Source: Octopus vulgaris (lineage: Eukaryota). Taken from it: a DNA stretch of 64,000 nucleotides. Under the pieces are notes generated by a model. That model ran no database searches. It saw nothing but the letters and a program-made list of their open reading frames with translations, and was not told where the DNA came from. The translations under genes and the position numbers were made by a program. Positions 37,201-52,225 of this stretch are shown one piece after another (position 1 is the stretch's first letter; every line of letters starts with the position of its first letter). The DNA is taken from the NCBI GenBank assembly GCA_951406725.2, contig OX597816.1, positions 43,586,001 through 43,650,000 of the forward strand. The letters run 5' to 3'.

Positions 37201-38796
37201 CAGAGCTGATTTCTTCTATCTTGTCTTTATCTTGTAATATAATTAATGTTTTCTGTGTCACGTTTGCTACACATTTTAAGTATGTTGCTTCTATTTCTTT
37301 CTGTTATTTTTTAAATACTTCCCATGAAGTATCCAACAACGTTATTTGACACTGAAATTTTTTTTCTGTAATTGTGTAATGTCATACTTAGGTATTTTAT
37401 ACTTATTTTATCCTGTCTTCAATAACATTTCCTATTAACAGTAGTCGTTATTTACATCCACACATTTCCTTCAGTCGTACTTAATGCTTGTCTAACAAGA
37501 CATCACCTTTCAGATGAAACTTCTAATGAGGTTCCTCACTTATGTATATGTTTGTGTGTGTGTGTGTGCGCTCGCGAATGCGCGTGTGTAATAGCTTTAT
37601 GTAATGCCAGCAAACATATTATAGATCGATAACTCTTTTAGTTGCTGTAGTTAAAAGTCGGGTGTTTGACGATAAGGTGCTTTTCACTAATTTCATGTAA
37701 GGATGCTGGTACTGGTTCACGTGTACTGAATTAAATATCTAAATTAGAAATTACTGAAGTTATCGATTCTTCAAGCCTTTCATTTCCTGGTGGTCTTCAT
37801 TGAGTTTGTAAGTGCTCCGATTGTTATACTGTTTTATTCCTGCGGTATTACTGCAGCATTATGGCACTGTTGTATGCATGGTCGTTACAGTTGCCCGTTT
37901 CAGACTGAGGTCTCAGCTCATGTCCATTGCGTGATATCTTCGTCAAGTATTATTTAAAACAGTCTTCTAACTGAAATTTGGTTAGACAGAATCTGTGTAG
38001 AAGGCCGTCAAATAGAATCTGTAGCTTTAGCGATTTGGTAAATTCCTTCATCGAACAAATGGAATACTCATTCACAAAATTGACTGATGTTCTGTTTACC
38101 TTAAATTACTGTTTTCATTTGTGTAATGTGTTGCATCCCTTTCCAGTAGAAGAGAACATAGATATTTGTATCATGGTTTCGTTTAGAGTTTTCTTTGGGT
38201 TTGTGTGTTTTACCGTAGTGATAGTACTCTATCATATGTTTGCATTACTTCGTAATGTTGTTTTCTTTACTTTGTGCATATTTGTATGTTCTGAGGCGTT
38301 ATCTGTATCATCATTAATAATCTCTAAGTCCCATATTATTATAGTTATTGTTTCTTTTTTCACTTTCTGTATGCTGTTTATCTGTGCTTTCGTAACTTAT
38401 ATTTGGATATATTCTCCATATGTTTAGAAATCCATTAACAGAAGATTGGAATATTGTTAGATGTCGAGCTAAATGCTTAGTGATGTTTGTTTGTGCCCTT
38501 CTTAACATTCTGAGCTCGACTCCGACCAAGGTCAGTTTAGACTTGCTTCTTTCTGGTGTCGATAAAATGAAATACCAGTAAAATACTGTGGACGATTTAA
38601 ACGTCAAAATTCTTCCCATAAATTCCTGATTTTGAATACTATTGTTAGTGTTTCCATTTTTATCACGCTTCTTTCGGTTTTTAGATCTTTGTACTTTGAT
38701 ACTTTCTTGTGTGCATTCCGGTGAATTTTTTTTATCAAAATGCATCGAAATGGTTATCAGAGAGTAGAGATTTTGCTCCAGTTATTAACAAATATA

Positions 38797-39174
38797 TCTC
38801 TTTTACTCTTTTACTTGTTTCAGTCATTTGACTGCGGCCATGCTGGAGCACCGCCTTTAGTCGAGCAAATCGACTTTGTAAGCCTAGTACTTATTCTATC
38901 GGTCTCATTTGCCGGACCGCTAGGTGACGGGGACGTAAACACACCAGCAATGCTAGGGAGACTAACACACACACACAAACACACACACATACATATATAT
39001 ATACATATATACGCCAGGATTCTTTCAGTTTCCGTCTACCAATTCCACTCACAAGGCATTGGTCGGCCCGAGGCTATTGTAGAAGACACTTGCCCAAGGT
39101 GCCACGCAGTGGTACTGAACCCGGAACCATGTAGTTGGTTAGCAAGCTACTTACCACACAGCCACTCCTGCGCC
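38797..39174 (-). mobile_element. SINE family A
   Basis: ttttactcttttacttgtttcagtcatttgactgcggccatgctggagcaccgcc...cagccactcctgcgcc. Confidence 0.92.
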
Positions 39175-39829
39175 TATCTGTATGTAATGCCTTCATCAAT
39201 TTGTCAATCTGCAGAAGTATGTCCCAGATTATTGTGACCACGTATTTTGTACAAGAATATACCTCTTTTTATCTGTTTGCACGTCGAAGAAGGCATAATG
39301 CCCACTTTATCCAGTAGACTCGACTACGCTTATATTGATACCGGCTCGTTGAAGTCTGGATATAACGTGACAAGGACTACACAGTCAGATATAATATGAT
39401 CGGTTTTCTCTATGTTCTGATTGCATAGTCTGCACTTGATGCTAAACGCTATTTCCAGTATAAAATTTTATGGTTATTTCTGACAAACTATTGACACTAC
39501 AAACGTAAAAACGAACTTTGCCATTTCCACTCCTGATTCGGTGATCATGAACTTTCACTATCGCTTACTACTCTGTTGCTTAATACAAGATACTGGTTAT
39601 AGAGTTTTTTTTTCACAGGCTTTCTTTTAGAATACTTTGGAATTCTGTTTTCACTCATTTTATTTAGTTCTATTAAGCCTATAGTTTGTACTTTATTGTT
39701 TACGCTTTCTTCTCGTTTGTTCTTACCCGCTGCCTTATTACATTTAAATAGTTTTCTTTTGTTTCATATGTTTCCAGTCCTACAATACTTGTCTATTTGC
39801 ATCAGGCCCCGGCCGCACTTCGTGCTGGA

Positions 39830-40320
39830 TATGCATGCATGTATGTATGTATGTATGTATGTATGTATGTATGTATGTATGTATGCATGTATGTATGTAT
39901 GCATGTATGTATGCATGTATGTATGTATGTATGTATGTATGTATGTATGTATGTATGTATGTATGTACGCATGCACGTATGTATGTACGCACGCACGCAT
40001 GCATGCATGTATGTACGTACGCACGCACGCACGCACGCACGTATGTATGTATGTATGTACATACCTACGTACGCATGTATGTATGCATGTACGTACATAC
40101 GCACATATGTATGTATGTATGTACGTACGCACGTACGTATGTATGTATGTACGTACGCACGTAGGTATGTATGTATGTATGTACGTACGTACGCACGTAT
40201 GTATGTATTTACGTATGTATGTATGTATGCACGCACGTATGTATGTACGCACGCACGCACGCATGTATGTATGTATGTGTGTATATATATATATATATAT
40301 GTATGTATGTGTGTATGTGC
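39830..40320. repeat. (TATG)n/(CGCA/CGTA) compound microsatellite
   Basis: Direct reading. Confidence 0.97.
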
Positions 40321-40459
40321 GTTCGCATAATGCATGTATCTGTATACATGTGTGTTCGGAGTTGATGCTTTGGAACACTGTTTCTTGTTTTCTTTATCTC
40401 ATACAGCTTTCATTTTATCACGTTGACGATGAAGTCTAAAATACACCTAGTAGCTTCTA

Positions 40460-40495
<36 letters not shown>

Positions 40496-40761
40496 AGTAC
40501 AAAGTTAATTATTCAGTGATATATTCCTCTGATTCATACAAGTACAAAGTATTGTCGATGTTTCAGATACCCTTCATGAAACGCATCCGAAAGATCACAG
40601 ACTTGTTCTACATGTTGGCAAAATTTTCAGTAATCTACTATTGAAGCATTAACTGTTTACACAGCGTGCTTGCACACGCACGCACGCATGCATGCATACA
40701 CATATATAGGAAAGACAGACAGAAAGAGGGAAATGACTGACTGAGTGAGTGAGAGAGAGAA

Positions 40762-40793
<32 letters not shown>

Positions 40794-41266
40794 TTTTGTA
40801 TTAGATGTATAAAAGAAAGGGAAATGTTGAAATTCTTCTGAACTGAAGCATATGGCGAGTGAAAGAAAGTGAGAGGAAGAAAATGAGAGAGAGAGAGAAA
40901 GAGAGAGAGAGACAGAGAGAGAAAGAGAGTACGGTTAGTGAATGAAGGAATGAAAAAGAAAAACAGCAATAAAAAATATACATAGGGAATATTTGCAGAA
41001 AAAAAAAGGAAAAAGTGTTGATTATGCGGGGGGCAACTTCAAACGAAACGAACAATAATTTCATAGAAAAATCAACAAGATGATATTGAAAATCAATAAA
41101 ACACTTTTTCATACTGTTATAAAACAAATCTAAAATGTAATGCAATTTTTTTTTATGAGGAAGAAAAGCATCGATATTAAAATTGGAATGTATTTTCTTT
41201 AGAATGTTTGATTGAATAATTACAAGACATTCCCTTATTTCTTCAAGAAATCGAGTCCTTATACAT

Positions 41267-41271
<5 letters not shown>

Positions 41272-41340
<69 letters not shown>

Positions 41341-41428
41341 GTATGTAAGTGTGTGTGTGTGTAGTGTGTGTATGTATGTATGTATAGTGTGTGTATATGT
41401 GTGTGCATGTATGTATGTATATATATAG
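41272..41428. repeat. (TA)n/(TG)n microsatellite
   Basis: Direct reading. Confidence 0.95.
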
Positions 41429-41908
41429 CAATGCAGCTGTATACATACATTTTTGTTATATTTTATTATTTCTGCATCACTTTGTATAGTCATTCACTGT
41501 TTTTTTTTTATTTTAATGTTTACTTTTTATTATTATATACTTGTTTCCTTCTCTTTTTTTTTTTTGTCATGTATATTTTGATCCACCATTATTTTGTGAT
41601 CTTTTAGTTGTATAAAGAGTCTATTAAAAATAGTAACGATTATTACAGTACTATGAGTTTTCCGGACTATTAACCTCATCTACTGCGTTTCATCTACGCT
41701 GATGTTTCGATCGGTCTAGTCTCCAAACGTCTTCGATTTCCTCTTGATACTGTTTCAGTCACTTTGCTCATACGCTTCGGTATTTATAATGGCTATAACA
41801 TTTCATTTCTCTAACGATATAAATACAAATATAAGGTTATGACTATGCATGAAATATGTTTGGTATTCGATTAAGAGACACAGTGACGTGATAGTTAAAA
41901 AGCGGATA

Positions 41909-42315
41909 CTCTTTTACTCATTTACTTGTTTCAGTCACTTGACTGTGGCCATACTGGAGCACCGCCTTTAGTCGAGCAAATCTACCCCAAGACTTCTTTT
42001 TTGCAAGCCTAGTACTTATTCTATCGGTCTCTTTACGGTGAGGTAAACATATCAGCATCGGCTATCAAGCGATGTTTGGGGGGGGGGGGGGAACATAGAT
42101 GCACAAAGATATATACACTCATACAGACACATATATATATATACATATATACGACAGGCTTCTTTCAGTTTCCGTCTACCAAATCCACTCACAAGGGTTT
42201 GGTCGGCCCGAGGTTATAGTAGAAGACACTTGCCCAAGTTGCCACGCAGTGGGACTGAACCCGGAACCATGTAGTTCGTAAGCAAGTTACTTACCACACA
42301 GCCACTCCTACGCCT
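41909..42315 (-). mobile_element. SINE family A
   Basis: Reverse-complement match to 23558 copy. Confidence 0.9.
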
Positions 42316-42564
42316 GTTTAATTCCATCTAGTACATGACTAGATATTGTTGTAAGCATGCCATTGTGTAGATGACCAAAAAATTTCGATTTTTGCTCGCA
42401 TTAAATGAGTATAAAGTTTTAAATATTTTATTATGGGGTTAGTTCACGTTGTCGCATAATAGCCGCATAGGAAACATATAATGCATGTGACAAATCACAA
42501 AAGCTGTACATGAAAAACTGTCTACCGAATCACTCGTTATATCAACGCGAAAAACGCGTTTAAA

Positions 42565-42772
42565 ATTTTGGCATAAGGCCAGAAGGTCTTGGTGGTGGGG
42601 CTTAGTCGATTACGTCGACCTCTGTGTTAAACTGGTACATATTTTATCGAGCTCGAAAGGGTGAAAGCCAACGTCGACCTCAACGAGATTTGAACTCAGA
42701 ACGTAAAGACGAACGAAATGCCGCGAAACGTTTTGTTCGGCGTGCTAACGATTCTACCAGCTCATCACCTTA
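42565..42772 (-). mobile_element. SINE family B, older variant
   Basis: agtcgattacgtcgacc...gtcgacctcaacgagatttgaactcagaacg...ccagctcatcacctt. Confidence 0.8.
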
Positions 42773-45494
42773 ACATGAAATATTGAAATATATAATAACG
42801 AAGTAAACAAACTTAGGAAATCTAACGTGTTCAATCTTTAGAGATAAGCCGGTACACTTCACTTTAGATATATATTTTAATAAGGTGAATCATCTTTAAC
42901 TTCTACCATTTCAAATAAAGATGTGTTTGACTACTTTTAGATTATATATATATATATATATATTGTTATTATTCTGTTCATACAGAACTATGAATTCCAC
43001 ATATTCTGCGGAATGCAGATAAGGCGGGGAAGACGGAAACTTACTTTATAGTATTAATCATCAAAAAAAGAAAAACAAATCCTTAAAACATAGGATGTTG
43101 AACAGCTAGTGGTTTAATGCATTTTCTATACCTTAAAACAAACATAGCCGATAGTTTAAGAGAAACAAAAAAGATATAACATTCCAGAATTTGATATCTT
43201 TACTTTTGTTCAATTCCCGTCAGAATTGCGAAGAGAAGATAATGTATTTGATAAACACCAGAATAATACTGGTGATTACTCCACTGATTATTGACAGCAA
43301 TGTACACAAAAAATATGCAACTTTTACACCTGTCGATTTTTATTACGGAAATTCACCAGTCCCGCAGACGAGCATTTATTTGCATACCGGCTGTATCAGC
43401 TTTGTCATCTGATTTTGATTCTCAGTTGTAGTTATTTTATTTCAGTTGCGTTGCCGATAAAACCAGGAAAAAAACGAACGATACAATTTCCTGTTTTACC
43501 TTTCTAGAAGTGTTTCGTTATACGCTTAGGTGGGAAAACCGATGTGAAACCTTTACATTGTGTCATCTTTGAGTTATGACCTCGAAGATATAGCTAGTTT
43601 CGAAAGCGAATATGCCTTTGAGAAATTGTATGAAAATAACGATTGCTTAATAAGAAGGGAAATCACGGATTTATGGTCGCCACAAATATGGCGACTTGCT
43701 TATTATTTGCTAAGACATTTTAAATCTATTCTTACAGACGACAATCTCATATACTCATATACTAATAGGGTCGGATTTCGTTATCCACTAACTGACCACT
43801 TAGCATTGCGCGTATACCAATAATACTTCATGCCGATAGTAAGTTGACGAATAAATTAGTACTCATTGGAGATTTTCATAGATAATGAAGACTGAGTCTA
43901 GTGATGGTATAAGTAGAATAATTTGTCTTTTACGCAATAAATAAAGTATTTGCGAATCAGATTTATGTTTCTCATGAATTCATACACGTATGTCTAAAGA
44001 TATTTTGCACTTATCAAATGGTTTGTATAATAATATTTTTCGGTAAGCAGAAAGATTTATATCTGACTGTTAGTTTTGATGTACCCCCCCCACACGCTCA
44101 AACATTTGCCTGCGCATGTAGGACACACAAAATATTCATTCAGACAAGTGTTTAGAATACTAAGCATATTTCAATACAAGCACTTTAGACATTTTATCTC
44201 CCTACTTATTGAGAACATTAAAGGTAAAACATTAAAGGTAAAACATGAATTTTGTTTTGAATAAAACGTAAAAAGACTCTGAAATGAATGCTCTGTAAGC
44301 TCCAAGCGCTATAATTCTAGGTGAGAGGAAAAATGTTGAGCGCTGATTAAATCTTGAATATTTTAATCGAAGAAGCATTTATGGCGTTACTCAAACAATT
44401 AGAGATAACATCTAAATACCTTAAATCACACCCTGTTCTTTTCTTTTTTCAAAGCTGAAGACATTGAGCAATCTAGACCTAAACAATACTATTGGAAATA
44501 CATCTGATATCATCCATGGCTTAACCAGGGTTAACCTAGGGTTAAACAAGAACAACTCAACAAGGGAAATGTATTTAAACGAGAACTATAGAAACATTAT
44601 ACGTTTTTGAACATTTGTCTATAAGCATTTGTATAATTGTTAAAAGGTTCTAGTATGTATGAACACTAAAGCAATAGAAATAGAAAACCATGAATTTGGG
44701 TTTTGAATGAACTAGAAAGGAACTATATAAATACGCTGTAAAAGCTAAGTTCTACATTTCTCGTTGATTAGAAGAATAATGAAAGTAAAGTTATAAATTA
44801 AAAATAATGTGCGTAACATAAACTGTACATGGAAAGAAATTATACGGTTGAATGGAAGAGAAATACTGATGAAAAGGTTATAAACAATACAAGCGATACT
44901 TTTAATAAATAAATCTTTATGGACAGTAACAAGAAGTCTGTTTTGCTTTTGTTATTCTTTATTACGACTATTTTTGTTTGTTTTATAAAGCAACATATAA
45001 GCACTAAATATTTATTTTCCAATATATCAAACACAAAAATCACCAAAGTTCTGTTGACTGAAATAATTAGGAAAACTAAACACATAATTTTCCGTTGGAT
45101 GAACACATTGAACGCACTTGACTGAACATAACTGAACAGGTTTACGATTTTGAAACCACATTACTTTTAGATTGTTGGGTTTTGATGTTTTCTTTTTTTT
45201 TTGTATGTTTGTTTGTTTGTTTATTTATTTTGTTAATGATTTGTGTGTTTTCTTCTCTATATTTAACCTAAGTTGTATGAAATTCAATTAATTCCAAATT
45301 GAAAGAGAACTTCGGCTTCCGTTGGATAAGTCAATCCAGATTCCCGTTGGTAAATCAATTAGTTTAAGACCACTTAGTAGCATATTGAAGCGACATTTTA
45401 TACAACAAATACCACACAAGTACTATTGCCTTTGATAAAACGAATGTACGTACAAACATCCAGCTGTCTCTATTTCTGTCACCGGTTTTAGCAC

Positions 45495-45516
45495 TATTAC
45501 CACCACCATAACCACC

Positions 45517-45558
<42 letters not shown>

Positions 45559-45577
45559 GCTACTGCTGCTGCTGCTA
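45495..45577. repeat. (ACC)/(ACT)/(GCT) trinucleotide repeat
   Basis: Direct reading. Confidence 0.95.
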
Positions 45578-47771
45578 GTGATAGTGGTCGCTGCCATATG
45601 TAGTTGTCAAAATGGTGAATTGTTTTCAAATACTACTTCCTAGTTGCTGCAAGTGCTTCGTTTTTCAAGTTAATGCGGAAGGTATTAAGTTATTATTACT
45701 TTCGGTTTGACTTCCGGAAGTTGCCGTCTGATGGAGAACCTTTTGATTATAATAAATTGGTTCAAGAACGACCTTTGCTACATTTAATACCATCATCACC
45801 GTCACCACCAACACCACTGCCGCCGCCGCCGCCACCGGCGACACCACTACCGCCATAGCGACGACCACTGACATGATGGGGAAAATCTTCGATTTTTTTT
45901 TTTTTGTAGCTTATTTAACTAGTTTCAGAATCTCTTGGCTTTGCAATTTCAACCGATCTGTTTCCAGTTATTTGCATTGTGTGAAAGAGATAGTTAACTG
46001 GAAACCAGAAAACTAAAGCTCCAAATCGAAAAACAATCGTATTATAATCTTTAATTTAGGATGTGTTATGTAGCTACACAAAAATTCGTCTTCTGGGGAC
46101 AAAATCACGAAAGAAAGTAAGAACGCGAAACAATTTTGATGTGATGAAATATATCAAAATGTATATGAGAGTTCTGACTAAATATAGCTGCTGTTATTAA
46201 AACAAACATTATTATTGTATATTTAACGTTAAGAGTGAAAATAAATAATTAAAAATAATTTTAAAAAACTATAAAAAAATATAAAAGACTAATAAACGCT
46301 CTCAGTGGAAATATAATGTGCTTGACCGAAGATATATTTCAAGCAGAGAATGAAAATAATCAGGAGAGAACTAGGAGTGTAGACGGTTGAGTAGGAGGAC
46401 ATATAACCGAAATAGTAGCTGTGTATATGAAACCGGTAGTGGCATAGTTGATGTTGATTATGATATTGAAATTGGTGTTGGAGGTGGTGGTAGTGGTAGT
46501 AGTAATAGTAGTAGTAGCAATGGTAGTAGTGGTTGTTGTTATTCATGTAGTGCTGAAAGCTGCACCAGTGGTGTAAAATTAGTCAGATGCTTTCAGGTTA
46601 TGGGTTAATGAAATTAAGCTCTATTAAGCAACAATCTCGCGGAGTAGAAGATTACTTTCAATTGACAGATATTCGGCCAAAGTTGATGAGATTCGTCAAC
46701 TTTGGTATGCTTCAGGTTGGACTAATTCTGAAATGGTTATATGGCATAATAACATCCGTGTGAAAATGGTAAACCTGGTGTTTGTATGGTTTTGTCCATG
46801 ATACGTGTTTCTCCTTCGAATGCGTGTATATTTGTTCATAAGGATTCATCTTCGTGTTAGAGTGCACTGTTATGTAGAATTGTAACGTTAATGTGTGTAC
46901 ATGTGTGTGTATGTGTGTGTAAGAGAGAGAGAAGGGGGATTCTGTGTGTATGTTTTGTGTGTGCGTGATTGTATTTGAATATTATATAAATGTGAACACG
47001 TATGTACAGATATGAGTTCACCAGTAAATGTCTCTCTATTAATGTTTAGGCTTGTGTGAAACTGAAGAATTGCTTATGCCTTTGTGTGCATCTATGATTT
47101 AACCAAACGGACGCACATTTGAGCATACAAGTGTATTTGTATAGGAGAGAATGAAAGAGCCAGAGAGAGCAGGAATGAAAAGAGAGAGAGGGAAAGAAAG
47201 AAAGAAAGTCAAAGACCAAGTAACAGTTGATAATATCCTCACCAAAGCTGATCTATATGTTCACTTATCCTTCTAACCAAAACTGGTCATTATGGCTAAT
47301 GCTAGGGTTAATAACACAGTTAGGAATAACCGCTCATGCACATCGGTATATATCAATCTATTACCAATAGTAAAAGATATGCACACACACACACACACGT
47401 ATATTCATGTTTATACTTCTGTCCAACTCTGCATGCCTGTCTGTCGGACTGTCGGACTGTTGTTTGTGCCGTGTTCGTTCCTTTGAAGACATGTCTCATT
47501 CGCTTTACCTTTTTTGTTTGTCTATTTTGCTGTATATCACCACAAATGTGTTTGTGTCTTTCTCTACCTGATTACATGTGCAAGCGTAGACAGAAGCATA
47601 TAAAATGAACAGAATCCATGTAGGAATAAAGAGTCTAGATTTCATACCTCGATATATCAGCTCGTAGTATTATGTGAATATGCGTCCATCGATTTTGGGC
47701 AATATGCGCGTGCATGCATGCATGTGGGTTATATATGTACATATATCTATATATATATATATTTATATATA

Positions 47772-48198
47772 TAGGAGTGGCTGTGTGGTAAGTAGCTTGC
47801 ATACCAACCACATGATTCCGGGTTCATTCCCACTGCGTTGCACCTTGGGCAAGTGTCTTCTACTATAGCCTCGGGCCGACAAAGCCTTGTGAGTGAATTT
47901 GATAGACGGAAACTAAAAGAAGCCCGTCGTATATATATATATATATATATATTTATGTGTGTATGTGTGTGTGTATATATGTGTGTGTATATGTTTGTGT
48001 GTCTGTGTTTGTGCCCCCCCCCCAACATCGCTTGACAACCGATGTTGATGTGTTTACGTCCCCTTTACTTAGTGGTTCGGCGAAAGCGATCGCTAGAATA
48101 AGAACTAGGCTTACAAAGAATAAGTCCTGGGTGTCGATTTGTTCGACTAAAGGCGGTGCTCCAGCATGGCCGCAGTCAAACAACTGAAACAAGTAAAT
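47772..48198 (+). mobile_element. SINE family A, full length
   Basis: aggagtggctgtgtggtaagtagcttgc...aaggcggtgctccagcatggccgcagtcaa. Confidence 0.92.
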
Positions 48199-48435
48199 GT
48201 GAAACTAAAGGTATATATATATATATATGTATATACATATATGCAATAAAAAATAATACATGCACGTGATTATATTTATGCATTTCTGTGTTTGTATATG
48301 TGTGTGTGTGTGTGCGTGCGTATCTGACTGCGTTTGTATTTGTATATCTGTGTAAGTATTTTTGTATGCATATACCTGTGTCTCTGTGCTGCTAGTAAGT
48401 CTGTGACTATGGAGTCACCTATTCATCCGAACCTA

Positions 48436-48955
48436 CGCACGCACACACACACGCACACACACACACGCACACACACACGCACACTCTCTCTCTGTCTCCT
48501 TCACACAAACACTCCCTCTCTCCTACACACACACACTCTCTCTCTCTCCCCTTCACACAAACACTCCCTCTCTCCTTCACACACAACACTCCCTCTCTCC
48601 TACACACACACACACTCTCTCTCTCTCTCCTTCACACAAACACTCACTCTCTCCTACACACACACACACACTCTCTCTCTTTCTCCCTCCCTCTCTTTCA
48701 CACAAACACTCACTCTCTCCTACACACACATACACACACTCTCTCTCTCCCTCCCTCTCCTTCACACAAATACTCCCTCTCTCCTACACACACACACACA
48801 CACACTCTCTCTCTCTCTCCATCCCTCTCCTTCACACAAACACTCCCCCTCTCCTACACACACACTCATACACACACACACACACTCTCTCTCTCTCTCT
48901 CCTTCACACAAACACTCCCTCTCTCCTACACACACACACACACACACACACACAC
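48436..48955. repeat. Compound minisatellite (~50-60 bp unit CCTTCACACAAACACTCCCTCTCTCCTA(CA)n(CT)n)
   Basis: Unit recurs about 8 times with variable CA/CT tract lengths. Confidence 0.9.
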
Positions 48956-49269
48956 CACTCTTATACACGTATACATACTGAGTAATTGTCTGACTGTGAG
49001 CACTGAAACGTACAACAAACAACATGTTCCAGCTTCATTGGTTGCCAGTATTTACACTAGTCTCTGTTTATACATTTACTTTCAGCTTTTTACCCACTAT
49101 TATATTTCGTCAAAGAAACCCACTTTTGATATTTTATTTCTGTTCATAAGTGTTGCTTTTACTTTGATGCATTTAAAGCATACATACACACGCGCAGCTG
49201 CGAAAGACACCCACACACAAATTCACAGGCGGGCACGCAAACACACACAAAATACATACAAATCATTCT

Positions 49270-49317
49270 AGTGTGTATGTGGTGTGTATATATATATATA
49301 TATGTGGTGTGCGTGTG

Positions 49318-49361
<44 letters not shown>

Positions 49362-49407
49362 CATATATCTGTGTGTGTGTTCTGTATATATATGTGTGGT
49401 GTGCGTC

Positions 49408-49438
<31 letters not shown>

Positions 49439-50060
49439 CCATCCATATACCTGTGTGTGTTGTGTATATATATGTGTGGTGTTCGTGTGTATTTATGTAC
49501 ACATACATATATATATATGTATATGTATATATGTATGTATATATATATATATGTGTATGTATATATATATATATATATATGTATATGTATGTATATATAT
49601 GTGTAGGTATGTATATATATATGTGTAGGTATGTATATATGTGTAGGTATGTATATATATGTGTAGGTATGTATATATATGTATATGTATGTATATATAT
49701 GTGTAGGTATGTATATATATGTGTAGGTATGTGTATATATATATGTATATATATATATGTATATGTATGTGTATATATATATGTATATGTATGTGTATAT
49801 ATATATGTATATATATGTATATATATATGTGTGTATATATATGTATATATATGTACACACACATCCATATATCTGTGTTTGTATTGTGTGTGTATGTAGA
49901 TGCTGACGATTCGTATGGTTTGCTTTGATATATCAATGTGTATGCGAATATACTCACTCACACATACATGCACATATATATTGACACATCCATGTCTGTG
50001 AACACGTATGTATATATATGTGAGTGTGTGTGTGTGTATGTACATCTGTGTGTGTTTGTT

Positions 50061-50092
<32 letters not shown>

Positions 50093-50130
50093 CATGTGCG
50101 TGTGTGTATATATATATTCTGTATGTGTGT
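49270..50130. repeat. Long (TA)/(TG) low-complexity region with higher-order units (tgtgtaggtatgtatatata; catccatatatctgtgt)
   Basis: Direct reading. Confidence 0.93.
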
Positions 50131-51980
50131 TGAAGCACACATTAGACATTGAGTAGGTCGATACATAGGTAAGTAGAATGGTGGTGCCTGTATGTTTATA
50201 TGGTGTTTTGTGCTCATATATATGTATGTATATGTATGTATGTATGTATGTATATAATGTACGTACATATACTCACACATCTTCATATGGAAATGTATAT
50301 CAACGTATAAAGTTATGAGCAATGTGTACACTGTTTACGTTTGGTGATATTAGTTTATGTGATTCTGCATATTGTTCATGTGTTTATACACACGTACATA
50401 CAGATATGCATACATGCACAGATGTATACATCCATACATAAATTCATGCACTCAAATATTTCCATCCTACATGTGTTTATGTATCTCTTCGTGCTGAATT
50501 CCGCTCTAGTTAGTGCTTTTACCGATTGAACAAAAAATTTCAGAGAAATTTTATATTTAATAATTTCTCATTTTTCAATTCATCCTATTCTATTGAAATA
50601 TTTTATTTGCTGTCCAAAAGATCGATATATTTGCAAAAGGATACATAGTCCAGATAGTATACAATTCTATTGCAACGATCACACTACCATAATTTGAACT
50701 CAGAATACTTTTGTATCAATATTTTTATGGTGCAGAATATTTTCAATATCCGACCAAAACAACATATTTCTAACATTTTCATGCTCAACCGACTAAGACA
50801 GCCGTCCTAAGCAGGAGCCTGTACCTCTTAATGGAAATTAGCATTCGAATCTCAGTCAAGCTATGTTTTTCACGTCTTCAAACTAGAACGGGAATCCTTA
50901 TTGTGTTGTCTACACGTGGATAATTTCCCTGTTTTTGAGTAAGGAACGTTGCATAAGGACTCCACGTACACTCCAATAAAAGTGGGATGGAAGCGGTTAA
51001 CATCTATCATAAAAATTTGCATCGATGTATTGGGAAAACTGCATATGTAGGAGGAATTTCATAGGGCCTACGTTTTGGAAAAGGACTACGTAGAACGCTT
51101 TAAGATGTGTCTTTTTCTTTGGGTATATGTGTTGGAGGGGTAGGTCACATTACGAGGTGTGGTAATAAAAGAAACAAGCGAGTCAAGAATGCTGGAATTT
51201 AGGTGATAATCGATTAATAGGCTCCAAGGAGTAGCAGGAATAATAGAAGCAGTATAGAAGTCAAACGGAGGAGACTGAGGTCAGATATTGGAGCTTGTTT
51301 TTCAGCAAATTCATTCCAGTCAGTAGAGTAACCTTTCTTTATATACCAAATATACATAATTACAGCTATGAGAGGTCGACTTGACCAATTCTAGACTGCG
51401 CATCCACAGCAACTTATACTGATCTATCTTGCCATAGCAAAGGCATCTAACTAATTACACTGCCTGCGAGTATTACCTGGAAAATCTTAATCGAACTCTA
51501 GATTTTAAGAAAAAGAACTTCACGCATCATTTAAAGTGTTCCATAGATACAGTGTATCTGAATAAATTTCGAGATTATCAATAGTGGAACTAGTTTCACC
51601 ATAGATTTTATGATAATCTTTTCTTATCATTTTCAACTCCTGTTTGAAGTCGTCTTGTCCAATGTTTGTTGTGTAAGTATTATAATGTAATAATACATAC
51701 TTGACAGAATCTATACTAAACAGCTTCCGTAATTATTAAGCAAAAAATGAATAAAGAGGAATTTGAAAAGAAAATTATCTAAGTTAAAATGAAACTAAAT
51801 TCTCTTATATTTTTGTTGTTTTGTTATCGTAAAAACAGCAACGTGAAACACCCCAGCTGATCCCCTCTCTTAACAGTATGATAGATTTACTGCTGTGAGT
51901 TAGGTTCTGAACCAGATGTGTTTTATCACAAAAGAAATATACACAAATAGACACACAGACACAACGTACATGTGCATGTA

Positions 51981-52225
51981 CAGTCGTTTGGAATGTTGTT
52001 TTTCAAACTAAAATTGTTATACCCAAGTACAATTCGATTCAAATATATACAACGTAGAGATGATATACGTACCTAATAACTGATCCAATGGTTCAATACC
52101 CAGAAGAAAAAAAATTGTCAGGTCTATGTTCCAAATAATAATATATTGCAAATTAAATATAACTTTGGGCATTTAATATAGATTCTAATTTCCAGACCTA
52201 TGTTCCAAACTTTTGGCCACGACTG
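51981..52225. mobile_element. Tc1-like MITE/remnant with IR/DR-type end
   Basis: TA|cagtcg-tttggaa ... ttccaaacttttggccacgactg|TA; inner direct repeat ctatgttccaaa at ~52124 and ~52198. Confidence 0.7.

Noticed and set aside
45673-45858. ORF with proline-rich end
   Set aside because: Proline run comes from (CCA/CCG)n; no recognisable domain or splice support
51151-51185. tacgaggtgtggtaataaaag mariner-like TIR start
   Set aside because: No matching inverted partner or transposase remnant found
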